A DNA stretch of 64,000 bases from Planctomycetota bacterium (GTDB lineage: Bacteria > Planctomycetota > SZUA-567 > H5-PLA8): positions 96,001 through 160,000 of the forward strand of contig JBBRPR010000008.1 of assembly GCA_038227875.1 (NCBI GenBank), given 5' to 3'. How positions within the stretch are numbered: position 1 is the stretch's first letter; the number at the start of each line of letters is the position of its first letter. Below the pieces are notes generated by a model. It made no database searches, was not told the origin of the DNA, and was given only the letters and a program-made list of their open reading frames with translations. This document shows positions 26,494 to 37,900 of the stretch, piece by piece. The translations under genes and the position numbers were made by a program.

Positions 26494-27260
26494 TGCTGCG
26501 CCTGCTGGGAATTGTGCTCACCATGAGCCTGCTGGCGACGGGGCTTCGCGCCGCGGAGACCGGCGAGCGCGAACGGACATTCGCGCACGCGCTGGAACTG
26601 CTCGATAGCGCGAAAACGCCCGAGGCGTACCGTGCGGCCGCGCAGGAATTCGAAAAGCTCTCCTTCGACGGCTACCGCAACGGCGGCGTCTTTAAAAATA
26701 TCGGCAACGCCTACATGGGCGCACACGATTACGGCCGCGCCATCGCCGCGTACCGCAAAGCCAAACCATTCCTGCCGCGCGATCCGTACCTCGACGCGGT
26801 GCTCAAGGAAGCGATCTCGCTGTCGCCCGGCCATCTGCCCGAACCGTCCGCGCCGTGGTGGCACAGCGTGTTTTTCTGGACGACGTGGCTTTCGTATCCC
26901 GAAAAAATGCAATTCGCTTTCGCCGCGTGGAGCGCCGGCGCGCTGCTGATGGCCGGCGGAGTGATGCTGCGCAAACGCGTGCTCTTCCGCGTCAGCGGCG
27001 CGCTGGTCCTCGCCGCAATCGTGATCAGCATCGACGCGGGCCTGGCGTATCAGGCCGTCTTCCATTCCAACCACGCTGTCGTGGTGACGGAGACCGTCGC
27101 GCGAAAAGGCAACTCGCCTGAATACCAGCCCGCGTTCGATCAGGCGCTGAAAGACGGCGCCGAGTTCTCCATCATCGATCGCCGCGGCGACTGGGTGCTG
27201 GGGCATTTTGACGGGATTGGCGATGGCTGGCTGATGCAGTCGGCTGTTGAGGCCAATTAA
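26490..27260 (+). CDS. BatE-like TPR/SH3 protein
   Basis: NIGNAY...GRAIAAYRKA...PRD, TMs, C-terminal SH3b-like region ending GW. Confidence 0.8.
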   Translation: MMLRLLGIVLTMSLLATGLRAAETGERERTFAHALELLDSAKTPEAYRAAAQEFEKLSFDGYRNGGVFKNIGNAYMGAHDYGRAIAAYRKAKPFLPRDPYLDAVLKEAISLSPGHLPEPSAPWWHSVFFWTTWLSYPEKMQFAFAAWSAGALLMAGGVMLRKRVLFRVSGALVLAAIVISIDAGLAYQAVFHSNHAVVVTETVARKGNSPEYQPAFDQALKDGAEFSIIDRRGDWVLGHFDGIGDGWLMQSAVEAN

Positions 27261-27431
27261 AAATTCAAAAACGCATGCGGATGACAGCGGTTTTGTTCAG
27301 ACGATTGAGCGTGTTTCAAAGTGCTATTTAACATCAGGTCAATTGGCCTGATGTTGACTTTTAACCACCGGATAAATTTATGCCGAGGTACGTCGTCTCA
27401 ACTTTCAACTCTCCCCGCTCAACTCACGTAT

Positions 27432-28808
27432 TCACGCCGCCGGCGTCGGCGGGATGATGCGTTGATCGCGGCGGAGGCTCCAGATCAGCGCGGGGATCAG
27501 CAGGATCATCACCCAGAATTCGGGTAGCGTCAGCTTGCCGTACCAGCGTTCCGAGCAGCGTAGGTTCCAGAGCTGAACGGAGCCGTCGTTGCCGGCCAGG
27601 GCGAGCGAATTGCCATCGGGCGCAAAGGCCACAGAGCGCCACGGGCCTTTTTGGGTGAGCGTGAAGAGCGCCGCGCCGTCGCGGCCGCCCCAGATGCGCA
27701 CGGAGCCATCGAGGCTGATGGTGGCGAGTCGGTCGCCTTCAGGCGAGAACTGCGACGAGAGCACGTACTGATTGTGGCCGCGCATCACCGCCACCGGCTT
27801 GGCGAACCACGTGTGCCCGCCGTTGGCGCTGGTCGGAGCGGCGTCTTTATCGAAATCGATGATCGAGCGCGAAACGTCACCGGTGTAGGCCGTCCACAAG
27901 CGGACGGTACAGTCCTTGCCGGACGTGGCGATGAATTTGCCGTCGGGCGAAAACACGGCCGAGCGGAAAAACTGTGTGTCGCCGCGCAGTGCGGCGATGG
28001 GCGTGGTGTTCTTCCGGTTCCAGACTTGGACGAGGCCGTCGGTGGTCGCCGTCACAATCTTCTTGCCGTCCTTTGAGAAAAAGGCCGAGCAGAGCGCGTC
28101 GCTGGGCACTTCGAAGCTCTCCGAATTGTAGAAGACTGAAATGGACTCGACGATGTAAACCATGCCGCCGAAGCGGGACAAATTCGATGCGGGATCGGCA
28201 GCGATGATCTTGCTGCCGTCGGCTGAAAAGTGGACGCTGGTGACGGTGTTTGTTAAGCGTTCCGCCAGGATTTCCTGACCATTATTTGCATCGAACACGG
28301 TCAGTGCGCCGCTGTCGTCTGTTACGACGACCTTCCTGCCATCCGGAGAAATTTCGCTGGCGGTGATGCGGCGTGAAATATTTTCGTCGACGGGAAGCGC
28401 TTTGGCATTGAGCACTTGCTGCAATTCGGACGAGAGGGCCGGATGCACCAGGTCGATCGTTGCCGACTCGGTGCCACTGTCGACATCCCACACGCGCGCG
28501 AAGCCGTCGCTGCCGCCGGCGAGCAGTTTTTTGCTGTCGCCGGAAAACGAGACGGAACTCACGCCGTACGCGCTGGCCTTTAACGTCAATCCCGCACGCC
28601 ACGGCGTGGAGCGCTGGTAGACCAGAACAAGGCTGCCGATGAAGAGCGCAAGAATCTGAAACGTGCAGAGCGAGACTTTCGGACGCCAGCGCCAGAACTG
28701 CCATTTCATGCGGTCGGCAGCATCCAGCCGCTCACGCCGTTCCCGGCGCGCGCTGACGGACGCCGCTACAGACGAGCGGGCCGGGGGAAGTGCCTGTTGG
28801 GCGCTCAC
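27432..28808 (-). CDS. Membrane-anchored WD40-repeat protein
   Basis: Repeated FSxDG...DGxVRxW motifs between N- and C-terminal hydrophobic helices. Probable GTG start at 28808. Confidence 0.88.
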   Translation of the reverse strand: MSAQQALPPARSSVAASVSARRERRERLDAADRMKWQFWRWRPKVSLCTFQILALFIGSLVLVYQRSTPWRAGLTLKASAYGVSSVSFSGDSKKLLAGGSDGFARVWDVDSGTESATIDLVHPALSSELQQVLNAKALPVDENISRRITASEISPDGRKVVVTDDSGALTVFDANNGQEILAERLTNTVTSVHFSADGSKIIAADPASNLSRFGGMVYIVESISVFYNSESFEVPSDALCSAFFSKDGKKIVTATTDGLVQVWNRKNTTPIAALRGDTQFFRSAVFSPDGKFIATSGKDCTVRLWTAYTGDVSRSIIDFDKDAAPTSANGGHTWFAKPVAVMRGHNQYVLSSQFSPEGDRLATISLDGSVRIWGGRDGAALFTLTQKGPWRSVAFAPDGNSLALAGNDGSVQLWNLRCSERWYGKLTLPEFWVMILLIPALIWSLRRDQRIIPPTPAA

Positions 28809-28880
28809 GGGAGGAATACGTGGAAAAGGTAAGAAGCTTGCAGAGAAATGTGCGAAAAACAATGCACGAGTGATGATGAC

Positions 28881-28980
28881 AGTTTTGAGTTTTGAGTTCT
28901 AAGTTTTGAGTGGTGAACGGCAATTGCCACACGCCGCCCCAACTCAAAACTAAAAACTCACAACTCAAAACTGCCGTTCA
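28881..28980. repeat. Inverted heptamer-repeat element (AGTTTTG)n / (CAAAACT)n
   Basis: Left arm 28881-28913 followed by TGAACGGC; right arm about 28940-28972 followed by GCCGTTCA. Confidence 0.8.
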
Positions 28981-28982
28981 AG

Positions 28983-31900
28983 CTACTGCGTCACATCGTC
29001 AAACGGCCGCCCCCGCTCATCCGCGATGCGGCAGAAGAAGCCCAGGTGGCCTTGCGTCACGCCGGGCTTGATCAGGATTTCGTTTGGGCCGTTGGTGAGC
29101 GGGATTTCGACCGCGCCGCAGTCTTTGGCGTTGCCGGGCGCGGCTTCGTTGACCACTCGCCGGCCGTTGACCCAGATTGAGACGATATCGTTGGCGCCGA
29201 AGAGCAGCAGCGCTTTGCGCTTGGTCGGTACGGTGAAGCGCGCGTAGGCGTAGCCGAAGTACGGGCCTTTCTCCAGTTTACCGCGCGTGTCATTGTCGAG
29301 CTTCGAGAACAGCGGCGGATACAGGTCGACGAAGCCGCCGGTGTTCGGGTTGCCCTTGTCGTCTTTCGCCGCGGAGTACTTTCGCCAGCCGACGTCGATG
29401 TCGCCGGCCGCTTTTGTACGCCAAGTCAGATCGACGGCCTTTTCCGGCGCCATGAACTGGTCCTGGCCGCGCCGGTCGCTGGTGGCCTGGAACGGTCCGA
29501 GGACCTGCCACTCCATCCACGTTGGCGAGTACTGCGAGTAGAAAACGCGGCTGACGTTGCGCGGCAGCTTCAAATTGCGGATCAGATCGTCGCAGCGTTT
29601 GACGGAGAACTTATCCCCCTTCTGTGCGTACCACTGCTGCAATTCCTGGAGCATGGCGTTGGCATTGACGGTCTCGGGATGGTGCGTCAGGAAGTCTTCG
29701 ACTTCGCTGATCGCGTTCTCGAGGCGTTTTTCCTGGGGGCTCAGCTCAATCACGTGGCCGATCATGTCCTTCGCTTCGCCGGTATCGAAGACCAGGCCGG
29801 CCATTTCGCGGTAGAGCGCCTGTTCCTTGGTGTTGTCGGGCGCTTTGGGCGGCGGAGCTTTGGGATCGACTTTGACTTCAGGCTTGGGCGTCTTGAATGA
29901 GAACCAGACGTCTGGCGCATTGACGGATGAATTGAGCACGCCGCCGGTCGGATTGCCGGTCCATGATTTCTTGAGCGCGTGGTGCGGATTGTCGACGGCT
30001 ACAATCGGGTTGCCGTCCATGTGAATGTCCTTCGGCAATGCTTCGGGCAGCAGCGCCGTTTCCTTACCAAGGCACATCGCGACGCCCTGTTCCCAATGAG
30101 TCAACCCGCCAAACGAGGTCACGCCGAACGACTGGATGTCGGTTTCGTTCATTTCAAAATCGATCGCGTTCATGACCAGTTGCGTCCACTGGCCGGGCTT
30201 GGGCAGCGGACCCATGTAGAAGTGTTCGCTGGTGGCGTCGCGGCCCCATTCGAGTTCCGGCCGACGTTCGCCCCAATACGCACGTCGCGCCCAGCCCCAG
30301 CCTTTGACGTTGATCTGCAGCATGACGGTCTTGGGCGGATTCTTTTCGTCGGGCAGCACCCACACGCTTACGTATTTGCCGGTCAGCGTATCGGTGATGG
30401 ACGGCGGGCACTTTACAGACTTTGCGAACTCAACGGTCTTATTCCAATCGTTGGGACCACCCATGCGCACGTACGTGTGCCGCAACAGGCGCAGCGCCGG
30501 AATTGTGTTGGGCGTATCGGGATGCGCTTTGATGAACTCTTCCAGTTCCGTCGCGCGTTCCTTTTCCGGATTCGCGCCGCGCTTGGCGGAGAGAATCTGG
30601 TTGAGGAAACTCATGCTCTGCGGCGCGCCGGGCAGCTTGGCGATAACTTTACGGTAGCGTTCGCCTTTTTCTTTCGAGATGTCCACGAGCGAGACGCGCG
30701 CCAGCCACGCCGGCACCAGTGACGGGTTGGTCAATCCGGCGCCGAATTCCAGCGCGCCCTTCACGCCATCGCCGTCGTTGTCATTGATGACTATGCCGAG
30801 GCGCAGTTCCTTGCGGTCGCCGGGGCGGAAGCGCGGATCGTGGCGAAGGATCTGCCACGGCACCATCACTTCGTACCGCGCGCCCTTGCCGTCGGGGGCC
30901 GGCGTGATGCGGCCGGTGACTGCGCCCTGTTCTTCTTCCGATGCTTCGTGTTCGGTGTTGATCACGACGCGGCCGTCGACCAGGGCCATGGTGATCACCA
31001 CGTTTTCGGAGCGGTTGATCATGACCGGGTCGGTCAGACCGTTGAAGGCGATGCGAATGCTGTCGCCGCTCTCTAATGGATGACCGGGTTGCGGCGGAAC
31101 GAAGCGATCGTCCTTGACCTCAATGGCCAGCGCAATGCCCACGTTACTCCACGCGGAGTAAATTTTGGCGCTCAAGTCATGCGGGCCTTGCCAGCTCTGT
31201 TCGTCGGTGAACGGCACGTACTGCTCGGCGGTGTCGAGCATGACGGGATCACTGTTCTCGTTGTCCAGGCGTGTGCCTGCCGGGGCGGGGGAGAGCTGGA
31301 AGACGCTGGGTTCGATTTCATTGAGCGCGCGGCGGGCGTCGCGGCGCTGCGCGGAGGGCAGGTCCTTCTGGGACAGCGTGGCTTTCAGTTTCGCGAGGCT
31401 GTTGGGCTGCGTGTCGGCGACAGGCGAGTAGGCAAAGAAGCCTTCGCGGACGGCATAGAGCAGCATGTTGCCGCGCTGCTCGATGGAGGCGCGAACAAGC
31501 TTGTTCTCAGTGTTGCGGATGGGCGTTCCCGGCAGCAGCGTTTCGGCGACCACCAGGCCGGTCTCCCAGTCGAACGTGCGCAGGACGATGTGGTCGGGCA
31601 CGCCCCAGTTGGCGCGGACCACGAACTCGTAAAGCCTGTTGTTCGAGAGGAATACTTTGCGGACGTCGTTGGCGTCGGCGTACGGGGCAGCCAGTGTGGT
31701 CTTCCACAATTCTTTCAGCACGCCTTTGTCGTCGGTCGCCTGTCGCGCCACGATCTTGTCGCCGAACGCGACGAAATTCCCGGGCGCTCCTCCCACGGCC
31801 AGGCGCAGGCCCTCCTGCTTCGAGACCAGCTTGCCGGCGCGGTCGTAATAGAAGGAGTAAAAGTGGTTGTCGCGATGGCCGTGGTAGAAAATCAGGCCTT

Positions 31901-34900
31901 CCGGGGCGTCGACGCCCAGTGCGTTCCACGAATTGTCGGCGTGCATGAACAATGATTCGGAATCCCACAGATTCAATCCAGTGGTCATGTCCATGCCGAT
32001 GAAACGGTCGACGCCGGTGGGGAAGACGTAGAGCACCTTCTTATCCGGCGAGAGGGAGATGCGGTCGTAGATGCTCCATTTTTCGCGCGACGGTGCTTTG
32101 AACTGAACGCTGCTGATCATGTTGCCGGCGTGCGCATCATAAGAGGTGAAGTACGCGGGCTGATCGTTGCCGTACATCTGGACGATGTTGAGCGCTTCGC
32201 CCTGGAACGAGAGCGCGGTGACGAAGCGGTTGCCGCGTTCGTTGGACCACAGTTCCTTGCCGCTGCGGATGTCGTATACGAACAGACCTTCGCCGCCGAT
32301 GATCGCCACGGCGTCTTCACTGAGCGCCAGGTTCTGGAGCCACGTCGCGTTGCCGCGCGTGCGGCGCTTGCGATCGCGGGGCACGCCAGTGCGCCAGAGC
32401 GGCTGGCCGGAATCCCGATCAAAGAACGTGATCTGCTGCGAGTTGGCGACGCAGACGGTCGTGGCGTTGGTCTGGATGGACGTCATCCCCGGACCGGCGT
32501 ACGACTGCCAGAGGACCTCAAACTTCGGTGAGAGGCGCAGCATGTAAATGGACGTGCCGGTGTACGCCAGGAAACGATCCTGGGGGCCGTCGGCGGGGAA
32601 GCACGTCATTGCGCTTTCGCCTTCGAGCTGCCACGCAAACGAGAGCGCGCCTTGCAACCCTTGCGGCGGAGCGGCCGGTGGCGGTCCGGGCTGGCCGGTG
32701 CGGGCGTGAAGAACTTCGGCCAGGGTGTCGCGCGAGACGCGCCACTGTTCGGACGGCAGGTCGAGCATTGCGGGTTTGCCGGCCAGCACGCGGTCGACGT
32801 CGCCCTGGCCTTCTTCCTTGTGACCCATGCGTTCGAGCGCTCGAATGCGGTCGTTGAGCGCCAGCACGGAGACGTCGACATCGGACGATTGTTCGGCTTT
32901 GGCGTAGAGCGACGCTGCGGCATCGAATTTTCCAGCCGCCGACGCGACGCGGGCTTCCTGCACGGGCAGTTCGACTTTCGGCGAGCCGACCGCGCCGATG
33001 GCCGCGACGCTGCGGCCGTTGACGCCGATGACGGCGGTGTTGGTAATCGTCAGGTTGCCCAGCGGTCCGACGCGCGGATCCCACGCGTAGATGGTCTGCA
33101 CTTTTCCGGTTTTTGCATCGACCAGATGGAGGTGATCTTCCGTCGGCAGGTAGATGATCTCGCCGGAGATTCCCGGCTGGCCGTAGATCGATTCGCCGCT
33201 GGGGGCGTACTCCCAGGCCGTCGAGCCGTCCTTGATCTGGATGGCGCGAATCGCGTTGCCCACGGTGATCACATTGCCGTTGCAGATGCCGGCGAGGTAC
33301 GGCGCGTCGAGCAGTTCGTCTTCCCACTTCACCGAGCCGTTGGCGCGGTCAAAGGCGATCAATCCGGGCGCGTCCTTGGGTGCGACAAGAATGGTGTCGG
33401 GCGTCACGATCGGAGAAACCGGACCGCGCGACAGCAGCTTCAACGTACGCAGCCTCACATTGGTTCCGGAATTGGAATTGCCAACGTCCCAATTGCCGAT
33501 GTGGGCGCGCGGGTAGCCGGAGAGCCAGATCACTTCGCCGGTGAGCGCGTTGAGTGCGGCCAGCGAACCCAGTCCGGTGATCGCGTAGACGACGCGTTCG
33601 TCGGCCGCGGCGGGGCCCAGTTGCATCGTTGAGCCGAAGTATTCGCCCTGCACTTCAATCCCGGTGCCGCCGGTGGCCAGCGCGTGCTTCCAGCGCAGGC
33701 GGCCGGTCACGGCATCCAGCGCGGCGACGCCGTGGCAATTCAAGTCGGCTGGTTCGAGATAGCAGGCGATGCACAGTCCGTAGGCGATCAGCGGGTCGTT
33801 GATCCAGACGGCGTTGCGCAGTTCGGGAATGTCGGCGGTGTTCCAGAGCACTTTTCCGCTGTCTGCGGCGATGCATTGCAGCGCCGAATGTTTTCCCAAC
33901 AGCGCGCGCGCATAGACACGGCCTTCAGAGACCGTCGGGCAGCTGACGGGGAAACCGGTGAAGCGGCCGGGGACCAATGAACCGCTGGACGGCCATGTGG
34001 CCTGCCAGAGATTCCGGCCGGTCTGCAATTCGATCGCCTGCATTGATTCCATCGTGGTGATGTACGCGTTGCCGCCGGAGACGGCGGGGAACGGCTGAAG
34101 ATGGACGAACGGATCGGGCACAAAGCGCCAGCGCGCCACGTCCATGGAGGCCGATGGCGGCAGGGGTCGCACCCAGGAGACTTCGCCGGGCTTGGGCGCC
34201 GGCGATCCCGCGGGCGGGCCGCGGCGCTGCGTGTTGCCCAGATGTGTTTCCGTTGGCGCGTCGCTGTTCTTCTGTTGCGTCGCGGCGACACGTTCAATGT
34301 CGCCGTTGAGGACCTTCGCGTACTGCGCGCCGGTGACCGACTGGCCGCCGACGGTGAACGACTGTCCGGCGAATTCGCCGTTCAGCGTATCCAGCGCCGC
34401 GCGCGCGGAAACGATCTGGCCGGAGCGCAGCAGCGCGCGCACGGTCTTGGCGGCAAGCATCGCCGGAGAAATTCCCGATTCGGTCGAGCCGCGGTTCTGA
34501 CGCGCCAGCGCACGGAAGGCCGACGCTGCCTGCTGCGCGTCGCCACGGTCGAAGTAGAGATTTCCCGCGAGGTTCAGCGCCTGCATCGCAGCGGGCGTGT
34601 ACTGGTATTCGGCAGCGACGTTTTCCAGCGCCACGACGTCCTTGTTGCGCGCGGCGGTACGGAACGCCTGGTCGGAACTTCCCGCGACGGTCTTGAGGTA
34701 GACGTCGCGGGCATCGTCGTTGAGCGCCGAAATGAAAGCGCGAACGTATTCGCGCACACCGACCAGCCGCGGAAAGAAGCGCGAGTCGGAGATGCTGATC
34801 AGGCTGTCGGAGTTGGAGCGGATCATTTCGCCGAATTTGCTCATCGCTTTTTCGATGTCGGCGGGATCGCCAGTCTTCATCAAACGCGAACCGACGTCGA

Positions 34901-37900
34901 CGGCAGCTTGCGCGTCGTCGGCGGTGGAGTAGATCAGGCGGTCGGGCATGTACTTTCGGGAGTAAGCGAGGCCGGGCGCGGCGAAGCGGAAGTTATCCGA
35001 CGACTGTGGGTACTCGCGGATGGCGCGCTCGAAAAACGCGCGGCTGGCCTGCGTCTGCGCAAAATCCTGCCGCAGGATGCCGCGCCAGACCAGCGCACTG
35101 CCGGTGCCGGCGAAGAAGTCTGGATAGCTGGCGATGAAATCGCGCAGCACTTCGTCGGCGGCCGCGGTTTCACCGCAGTTGACCAGCGAATCATAGGTCT
35201 GGTTGGTGGCATACCAGATCTGGCCCATCTGGTCGCCGAAAGAGGAACTGGTTTCAATGCGCCGCAGCAGATACTTGTAAGCGTTGGCCGCTTCCGCCTG
35301 CTGGCCGGTGCGCTTTAGATAATCGTACGAAAGGTACGAACAGGCCCAGCGCAAATCCGGGCGGACGAAAACCGCGGAGAGCGATTCTCCAAAGTCGCGC
35401 AGCACGCCCGGCGGAACCTTGTACTGGCAGAAATTCAGCAGCCACGAGGCATCGCCCCAGTTGGTGAAGAGGTACGCCGGGTTGGGAAACTCGCGCTGGA
35501 TCCACGCCATGCGCAGCAGATGGATCGCCAGTTCCGGTTCGGTATCGACGCGCACGCGGAAGATGAAGTTGTCATCGCCGGGCGGCGCCAGACGCATCAG
35601 AATGCGGTGCGGACCCTTCGTGAGTTCAATCGGCACGCGGTACCCATCGATGTTCAGTCCGTCTTCGCCGCGCGATGCAATCTGCTTGCCGTCGAGCCAC
35701 GCGACCCAGGCCGCGCGCGCCGAGGCGATGAAAAACGTCTTCTTCGCTTGCGGCGCTTCAAAGTCGAGCGCCGTGTATGCGACGCCGCTGCCGCCCCGGC
35801 AATCGCCGATGACCGCCTTGATGTTCAATCCGCCGTCGGCGCTGCACTTGGCCGGGTCCATCTCCACCCAGGCCTTTTCGCCGCCGCGACCAGGATGCTT
35901 GGCGTTTAGATCCGGATTCTTTTCAGGACCGGGCGGATTCTTCGGGTCGTAGTCGAAGGGCCCGATCGCTTTCCAATTGCCGTTGCCGATCTGCCGGGTG
36001 TCGCCGACCGCTTCGCCGAAGGGTTTCCACAGTTCACCACGGACCTGATCGTTAAGATCGCGCGGCTTGTTTGTTTTCGGATCGATGCTGACCGAAGGCA
36101 GCGTGAAGGCCCGCGTCAACGCCAGGTACGGCGCGGTCTCCGGATCCGACGCGGCCATGGAAAGCAGTGCCGCGCCCCAGAATCCGGCCAGCGCGCGTTC
36201 GTGACGGCCGGCCTTCAGATCGGCTTCGGCTTCCGCCGTCCATGCCTGAACCTGCGGGTTGGTCGCGCCCGGCAGCACGGCCAGGCCTTTCCGGGCGGCC
36301 GCACATGCGGCGGTGAATTTCTCGGGCTCCATCTTTTCGCCGCGGTTGACGCGGTCGTATTCCATGCGGTAGCGGTTGAAGGCCGATTCGAACGCCGCCG
36401 TCGCCCGTTCCATCGGCGTCAGCGCGGGATTGTCGGCCAGCCGTTCCAAGGTTGCGAACTGGCGGTCGGTCAGTCCAGCCTCGCCCTGCGCGCCGGCCAG
36501 CAGGCGCATCGACCAATCGATCTGCTCGCCCCATGCGCCGCTGTCTTCGACCCATTTCTTCACGCGCGCTTCGGCGGCGTCGACTTTTCCGGAGAGCGTT
36601 TCGCCGGTGACGCAGGCGTCGAGCGCGATTTTCGAACCGCGGGCACGGCCGTATTTCGTGAGGTACTCGCCGCCGGTCGCCGCCAGGGCGTCCCAGTCAC
36701 GCAGCAGCGCCAGCAGCCGGATTTTTCCGGCGAAGGCTTCGACGCGCTGTTCATCGTTGGTGGCGAATTTCTCGATGCCCTTCTGCCATGCCGCGAGCGC
36801 CGCGGGAAAATTGTTGAGCTGCTGGTAGCGCCGGGCGATTTCGAAGAGCGCATCCGCGCCGCGCCAGTTGCCGGCTTCCTGCGGATGGAGTTCGATCAGC
36901 TTTTCCAGCGTCTTGATGCGGAAGCCCGGATCGGTACGGTCGACGCGGAGAAAAAATCCCCAGTCGCCGCGCGATTGAGCCGTCTTGACCTTGATCACAT
37001 TCCTGCCGCGGTTCATGTGCACCGGCACGCAGAACTTGTCCTTGCTCGCGCCGCGCATTTCGCGGCCGGCATCGCTGAAGACGACCTTGTTGTTGAGGTA
37101 GACGACCGCGCGGCCGTTGTCGTCGAAGAAGAGATTCGCAGGGCCGTCGTCGGGCCATTCGACTTCCGTGCGCGCCCACGCGATCACGGACGTGTTGAGT
37201 TCCAGAATTTCGCCCATGTCGACGTAGCAATTCTTGTCGTCGTCGGGACGCGACCATTGCGTCACGCGCAGCGATTTGCCGTTTTCGTCTTTCTGAGGTT
37301 TGGACCAGTCGTCGGTCGTATCCGGATCAAAGCCTTCCTTGCGTCCCCACATCGCGTAGTTGACATCGGGCCGCGGGCCGAGCACGGTCCAGTTCTTCGG
37401 CACGCCCATGGGCTCCAGGCTTTCTTCCGCCTGTTCCCAGTTGTCGCGCGCTTCCAGCTTCAGATCGTCGCCGGGGATGGTGTAGGGCGTGTCGCGCAGC
37501 GAAAAATTTCGGAAGGTGGACGTGACGAGGTCCTTCGCGCCGTCCGGGTAGTAGTCGTTGCAGAGATCCGGCCGCGCATCCTTGTTCGTCTTCTCGCCGG
37601 ACCAGCCGCGCCCGAGCAGGATCTTCGGCGGCGCGACGCCTTCCTTGCCGGGCCGTCCGCCGATGTCGCCCAGGCGTTGCCAGTTTTCGCCGTCCATGCT
37701 CATGGAGACCAGGACGTTGCGCGTGGTCACCGTCAGTCGCAAGTAGACGCCATTCTTTTTGCTGTCCGGGACGATGTTGTAAAAATCGCGCGCCGAATCG
37801 ATGTTCTTGTTGGTCCAGCGCAGATGGAGATGGTTGTCGACGGAGAAGAGCAGGCTGACGTAGTTTGCGTTGTCCCAGTACAGATGCAAGCCGGGGTGGA

